Under the pieces are notes generated by a model, which was given only the letters and a program-made list of their open reading frames with translations, did not search any database and was not told the DNA's origin. 37,592 bases of DNA from Clostridiales bacterium (lineage in GTDB: Bacteria > Bacillota > Clostridia > Lachnospirales > WQUN01), in NCBI GenBank assembly GCA_031289625.1, contig JAITPB010000118.1, positions 1 through 37,592 on the forward strand, read 5' to 3'. A program made the position numbers and the translations under genes. Shown one piece after another: positions 33,240-37,592 of this stretch; position 1 is the stretch's first letter; each line of letters begins with the position of its first letter.

Positions 33240-34338
33240 GCGTTTCGCCGATTTTGAGAAAAAATGCCGCCGCCCGCGCCGCCGCGTCTGTCTTGTCATA
33301 CATGGCCTGACTCTTTTGAATGGCCCGCCAGCCCGCGCCGTCATCCGCCGACAGGCCCGCAATCACGCTGGGAAGCCGCTGAATGTCTGTGCACACCACG
33401 CCCAAATGATGATTTTCAATAAACGCCGGATTTTTTTTCTCCTGGCCGTAAAAAAAATCTGTAATCACGACAGGCTTATTTAAGGCGACCGCTTCCATCA
33501 CCACATTCGGGCTGGCGCGGGCGATGAGAAAATCCGCCTGGCACATGTACTGGTCAATTTCTTTGATAAAGCCCATGATTTCTATTTCATGGCCCAGCCG
33601 GGAAGCGTACCTCAGTTCCAAGGCTTTTTTGAGTATAAAGTTCTTTCCGGTGATGATCCGCATCCGGCACGTATGATTATCCAAAAGCACTCTTACAATT
33701 TTTTGTATGCGCCGCGAACCTTGACTGCCGCTGATCAACAGCGCCGTCAGATTTTCCGTGTCCCCATGAGGATTTGCCGCATCCTTTTTCGTAAAACTTT
33801 CCCGGATGGGAAAGCCCAATACAGGCAATTTATCCTCCGGCATACCCACAGCCAGCATTTTATTTTTCGCTTCTTCCGTGGGGCAGACGACGGCGTAAGC
33901 GTCCCGATCTGCCCACAACGCCGCCACATTATCTAAATCCGCTACCACAGAGACAACCGGTATGGAGAGTTTCCGCTTCCGCAAGAGCAGGATCGACGCG
34001 CCCACAAAGGCCGCGTGAACCGAAACAATGAGATCTGGGTTTGTTTCCCGGACGCGTTTGAGCAATTCTTTTCCGATGCAGCGCGCGGTTACGCGGTTGA
34101 TGAAATGGGGAAAAACATCTGTGAGCGGGTAAATCAATTTCCAAAGATAAGGAAAATACACAGCCAGCATGTTGTACACCTGGCCGGAAGCGCGGGCCGC
34201 CCAGTTGCCGCTGGCGAACCCATCCACAATCGTTATGTTCGTTTCCGGCGCCAGCCGCTCAATTTGTCGGCAAAGCGCTTCGGTGATGCTCTTATGGCCC
34301 TGCCCTGTACTGTAGGAAGTAAGAAATAATATATTCAT
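33220..34338 (-). CDS. GT28-family glycosyltransferase (MGDG-synthase / UgtP-like diacylglycerol glycosyltransferase)
   Basis: Track ORF 33220..34539 trimmed to MNILFLTSYSTGQGHKS (ATG 34338). The longer version would overlap the PAP2-like gene. Confidence 0.85.
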   Translation of the reverse strand: MNILFLTSYSTGQGHKSITEALCRQIERLAPETNITIVDGFASGNWAARASGQVYNMLAVYFPYLWKLIYPLTDVFPHFINRVTARCIGKELLKRVRETNPDLIVSVHAAFVGASILLLRKRKLSIPVVSVVADLDNVAALWADRDAYAVVCPTEEAKNKMLAVGMPEDKLPVLGFPIRESFTKKDAANPHGDTENLTALLISGSQGSRRIQKIVRVLLDNHTCRMRIITGKNFILKKALELRYASRLGHEIEIMGFIKEIDQYMCQADFLIARASPNVVMEAVALNKPVVITDFFYGQEKKNPAFIENHHLGVVCTDIQRLPSVIAGLSADDGAGWRAIQKSQAMYDKTDAAARAAAFFLKIGETQKDHES

Positions 34339-34462
34339 CCGATTGTGATGTCCTCTGTTTTGATTTCCGCAAAAACGCGTTTGTTTCGCATGAGCATCCG
34401 CAGAAACAGCGTCCCCATCCCCCTCCAAAGCGCGGCGCATTCTATATTTTTTATCTTTGGAA

Positions 34463-35128
34463 TTATCTTTGAAATGCTTTACGCCATTCCGGCGCCGGAT
34501 ACTTGATTCGGTAAAGCGGTATGTAAAAAAGGAGGCCAATCAGCAGACCGCAAATTACGTCCACAACGGAATGCTGCTTGATAAAAATCGTCGAAAGGCA
34601 TACCAGCACGAAATACACTGCGACGAACAGCGTCCGCGCCTTTGACCTGGCAAATTCTTTTGTATGGAGAAGCGCGGCGCTTACCGCGAAAGCGTTGAGT
34701 ACATGCACGCTGGGACAGACATTGGTTGGCGTGTCAACCGTATAAACCCATTTCACCCAGGCGGACAGCAGGCCGTTTTCGGTGATATGCGGCCGGAGAG
34801 CCTGCTGGTTGGGAAACAGCGTGTACAGCAGATAGGCTATTGACATAGCGCCTCCCAAAAAAATCACCAGCTTATAAAAATTCTCTTTGGAACGCAAGCC
34901 GGTGTAACACAACCCGAACGCAATGAACAAAAACCAGACGACATAAGGGATGACGAACCATGGAATAAATGGAATCTTTTGATCCAAGGCAATGCCGACG
35001 GTATATTTCGGGACAATAAAAGCCTCCAGGCATTGGAACCATAAAAGAACGGGAACCAGCGTCAGGAGCGCCAAAAAATGCCTATAAGGCTGCAAAGCAT
35101 GTATCCATTTCACCACAAATCCCTTCAC
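34463..35128 (-). CDS. PAP2-superfamily (PAP2_C / sphingomyelin-synthase-like) membrane protein
   Basis: 6 TM. CPSVHV and HSVVDV motifs (the SxH and HxxxD elements of PAP2). Start probably GTG 35128 (GGGGGA plus 6 nt); the track start is TTG 35143. Confidence 0.7.
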   Translation of the reverse strand: MKGFVVKWIHALQPYRHFLALLTLVPVLLWFQCLEAFIVPKYTVGIALDQKIPFIPWFVIPYVVWFLFIAFGLCYTGLRSKENFYKLVIFLGGAMSIAYLLYTLFPNQQALRPHITENGLLSAWVKWVYTVDTPTNVCPSVHVLNAFAVSAALLHTKEFARSKARTLFVAVYFVLVCLSTIFIKQHSVVDVICGLLIGLLFYIPLYRIKYPAPEWRKAFQR

Positions 35129-35168
35129 AATAAATCCCCCCAATTTTATGTGTTATACTCGATAACTA

Positions 35169-35198
35169 AAATACTAGCATTGCCTCCCCCTCCGTGTC
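35169..35198 (-). promoter_or_regulatory. Sigma-A-type promoter candidate for the PAP2-like / GT28 genes
   Basis: Minus strand TTGACA (35198-35193), 18 nt, TAGTAT (35174-35169). Confidence 0.5.
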
Positions 35199-35216
35199 AA
35201 TATTCTTTTGCTGGGC

Positions 35217-36161
35217 CTAAAAAACGGCGGCCTCTATAAAGCACTCATAGGTTTTATCATTCGTAGCGCTTCCCTGAAAATAATACGCAGGCTGCACAAT
35301 ACTGTCTTGATAAATATATACCAGCTGACAACTTTTCAGCAGCACGGTTTCATTTTCGGGCAGCGGGGGGAGCTCTTCGTACGCGCCGCTCATGGATTTG
35401 ATATGGCATCCGCCCACCTTCTCATATTGGATCGTGTAGTAATCCAGCGACAGAATATTTCCATACTGATCCAGCAGGATTTCATTGGCGAAGGCATAAT
35501 TCTTCAGATTGCTGATACGGTTGATAAAAAGCACGCGGTAAAGATCCCCGTCGAAACACACCTGGGCCTCCTCATAGAATAAGACCAGCAGCCGGTTGCC
35601 AATGAAAGAAAGCGCGCAATCAATCGCCTCTTCGTCTGAAGTTAAAAGGGAAGTTGAAAGGCCGGAAGCGGAGACGCCGCCCATGGGCTGGACAGCTTCA
35701 AAATGGATTCGGTTGATCTCTTTGTCCATGCTCACCGTTCCCTGCACGCCCGTAAAAATATATTTTTCCTCATTTTCTGTAAAGTCAGTGACTTCCGTGA
35801 AAATCCGCGCGTATTTCCAGGCCAGCTCCAAATTTTCAGGCCGGTATTTCACCATGTAACAATTGATGACGCCGCGCGGCTCTTTATCCAGCGCGAATGA
35901 AAGATGGTATCCGCCGCTTTCGTCCATCTCCTGTTCGCTGACCGGAACCGCCTGCGAAAAGCGCCCCAGGCGATCACCTGGGCGATCATCCAGCCGATCA
36001 GCTGGACGATTGGCTGGACGATTGTCCAGGCCGCTGACTTTGCCCATGAAAAAATCCGCCATGCCGAAATCCAGCGCTATGCCAACGGCCAGAACGATCG
36101 CGCAGAAACAAAATATAAATTTATAATTTATGAATTTATGATTTTTGAATTTACGGCTCAT
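35217..36161 (-). CDS. Membrane-anchored hypothetical protein (N-terminal TM, NRPA/DRPG repeat linker, about 240-aa extracytoplasmic domain)
   Basis: 314 aa. GAGGA plus 9 nt before ATG 36161. No catalytic motif recognised. Confidence 0.6.
   Translation of the reverse strand: MSRKFKNHKFINYKFIFCFCAIVLAVGIALDFGMADFFMGKVSGLDNRPANRPADRLDDRPGDRLGRFSQAVPVSEQEMDESGGYHLSFALDKEPRGVINCYMVKYRPENLELAWKYARIFTEVTDFTENEEKYIFTGVQGTVSMDKEINRIHFEAVQPMGGVSASGLSTSLLTSDEEAIDCALSFIGNRLLVLFYEEAQVCFDGDLYRVLFINRISNLKNYAFANEILLDQYGNILSLDYYTIQYEKVGGCHIKSMSGAYEELPPLPENETVLLKSCQLVYIYQDSIVQPAYYFQGSATNDKTYECFIEAAVF
35966..36037. repeat. 12-nt tandem minisatellite related to arrays 1 and 2, about 6 units (array 3)
   Basis: ccaggcgatcac ctgggcgatcat ccagccgatcag ctggacgattgg ctggacgattgt ccaggccgctga. 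Shares the exact 9-mer GGACGATTG with array 2. Confidence 0.85.
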
Positions 36162-36239
36162 GTTATCCCATCCTCACGGCGCATAATAGTCTATACGGCT
36201 ATTCTATTATGCCCAGTTTGGAGGCGTTTCAGCCGCGCG

Positions 36240-37592
36240 TCATGAGTAAAAAAGTTCCCGGATTTCCGTTTCTGTCATGCGGTTGATAAAATGTCCGCCA
36301 TTTTCTGAAATGACGGTGTCCACGAGATCTTTCTTTTTATCGTGCAGCGCTAAAATTTTTTGCTCGATGGTATCCTTGGCGACAAGGTTAAACACTTGCA
36401 CCACACGGCTCTGACCGAAACGGTGCGCGCGATCGGACGCCTGATCCATGACGGAAGGGTTCCACCAGGGATCGTAATGAATCACGACATCCGCTCCAGT
36501 CAAATTCAACCCCGTTCCGCCCGCCTTCAAAGAAATCAAAAAGAGATCGCGTTCCCCCTGGTTAAATTGTTCCGCCATTTCCATGCGTTCTTTCGCGGGA
36601 GTCGCGCCGTCCAGGTAAAAATATGTGTAATTGGTTTGGTCCAGCTCCGTTTTGAGGATAGCCAGCATAGAAGTGAATTGAGAAAAGAGCAATGAACGAT
36701 GACCGGATTCCAGCGTCCTTTGAATGGTTTCCATAGCCAGGGCCAGTTTGCCGCTGCCGTGCTGGTAGCCTTCGATAAACAAGGCGGGGTGACAGCAGAT
36801 TTGCCGCAGCTGCGTCAACTCCGCCAGAATTTTCATGCGGTCCTGCGCGAAGGCGTTTCCAGACACCTTGGCCAAATCCCCGCGGGCCTTCAACAGATGC
36901 GCGGCGTACAGCTTTCGCTGTTCCGGCAGCAATTCCGCATAGAGATTGGTTTCCACTTTTTCCGGCAGTTCTTTCAGTACGTCGGCTTTCACGCGGCGCA
37001 GCAGAAACGGGGCGATCTGTTTCCGCAGACGTTCCGCCTGTTCCATGTTGTTGGCCTTAACAATGGGCGATTCATACTCCCGCGTGAATTTATGGGCGCT
37101 GTATAAATATCCCGGCATAATAAAATCAAAAATAGACCATAATTCCGTCAGAGAATTTTCGATGGGCGTGCCGGTCAAAGCGAAACGGTTTTTCGCTTTG
37201 ACGGATTTTACCGCCCTGGCGTTTTGCGTCATGGGGTTTTTCATGTTCTGCGCCTCGTCGGCGATCACCGTCTCAAAGGATAAGCCAGCGTAATTTTCGA
37301 TATCCCGCTTGAGCGTGTCATAGGTCGTGATGTATATGTCCGCGGGCGTCTGGATCTGTTCCAGGCGCTTTTCCGCCTGACCGGCCACCAGCTGCGTGGT
37401 CAGCGCCGGAGCAAACCGGTGAATTTCATTTTCCCAATTGTACAGCAGCGATGTAGGCGTTACCACCAAAAACCGTTTATCCGGCCCCTGTTCGCTCAAG
37501 AACAGCGCGATGGCTTGAATCGTCTTGCCCAGACCCATATCGTCCGCGAGAATGCCGCCGAAGCCGTAATGCGATAAAATCTTCATCCATTG
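36240..37592 (-). CDS. SNF2/Swi2-family helicase (DEAD-like N-lobe plus HELICc), 5'-truncated by the window edge
   Basis: ILADDMGLGKT (motif I), ADEAQNMKN (DEAQ box), SLKAGGTGLNLTGADVVIHYDPWWNP, QASDRAHRFGQ. The reading frame stays open to position 37592. Confidence 0.93.
   Translation of the reverse strand, partial: QWMKILSHYGFGGILADDMGLGKTIQAIALFLSEQGPDKRFLVVTPTSLLYNWENEIHRFAPALTTQLVAGQAEKRLEQIQTPADIYITTYDTLKRDIENYAGLSFETVIADEAQNMKNPMTQNARAVKSVKAKNRFALTGTPIENSLTELWSIFDFIMPGYLYSAHKFTREYESPIVKANNMEQAERLRKQIAPFLLRRVKADVLKELPEKVETNLYAELLPEQRKLYAAHLLKARGDLAKVSGNAFAQDRMKILAELTQLRQICCHPALFIEGYQHGSGKLALAMETIQRTLESGHRSLLFSQFTSMLAILKTELDQTNYTYFYLDGATPAKERMEMAEQFNQGERDLFLISLKAGGTGLNLTGADVVIHYDPWWNPSVMDQASDRAHRFGQSRVVQVFNLVAKDTIEQKILALHDKKKDLVDTVISENGGHFINRMTETEIRELFYS

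Noticed and set aside
34339-34539. 67-codon N-terminal extension of the glycosyltransferase ORF
   Set aside because: It overlaps the 3' end of the PAP2-like gene. The conserved GT28 N-terminus MNILFLTSYSTGQGH starts at ATG 34338 with its own SD.
1-37592. Scan for CRISPR arrays, tRNA/rRNA genes, integrases, transposases, reverse transcriptases and known defence-system signatures
   Set aside because: None was recognised by eye. Absence of tRNA or small RNA genes cannot be guaranteed without covariance-model searches.

Overview
This 37.6-kb chromosomal segment looks like it comes from a spore-forming, flagellated, S-layer-bearing Clostridia-type Firmicute. The evidence is bofA, a SpoIVFB-like M50 protease, flgL-fliW-csrA and SLH-domain proteins. 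Most of the window is about 55% GC by eye. I support about 37 protein genes and saw no rRNA, tRNA or CRISPR array.

Gene content, left to right:
- NuoE/NuoF-type flavin/Fe-S module with a short Fe-S third subunit
- SLH protein, clpP and a ttcA-like gene
- GH18 hydrolase
- HlyD adaptor plus a 1075-aa double-FtsX (MacB-like) permease, with no ATPase gene
- Full-length Rpn/PD-(D/E)XK nuclease
- ABC ATPase, ABC-2 permease, GldG-like and DUF4340-like cluster
- flgL-fliW-csrA
- metG-tatD
- DUF2508 (yaaL-like) and bofA
- A translationally coupled four-gene operon around a SpoIVFB-like protease that ends in an XRE regulator
- An AT-rich island (about 27.5-31.2 kb)
- padR, a rhomboid-fold membrane protein and a CobO-type adenosyltransferase
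- GT28 glycosyltransferase, PAP2-like protein and a membrane-anchored hypothetical
- A 5'-truncated SNF2 helicase at the window edge

I recognise no known defence system or biosynthetic cluster. The best candidates for something undescribed are:
1. The low-GC two-gene cassette at 27807-29032: a 73-aa helical protein plus a FIST-like sensor with no output domain. It sits in an island that also holds an Rpn-nuclease remnant reduced to its C-terminal domain.
2. A 12-nt near-palindromic minisatellite embedded in three unrelated envelope-protein genes and read in two different frames.
3. The extended SpoIVFB operon, which abuts bofA stop-to-stop.
4. The flavin/Fe-S module with no catalytic subunit.

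All functional calls rest on motif recognition in the supplied translations. No database search or folding was possible.
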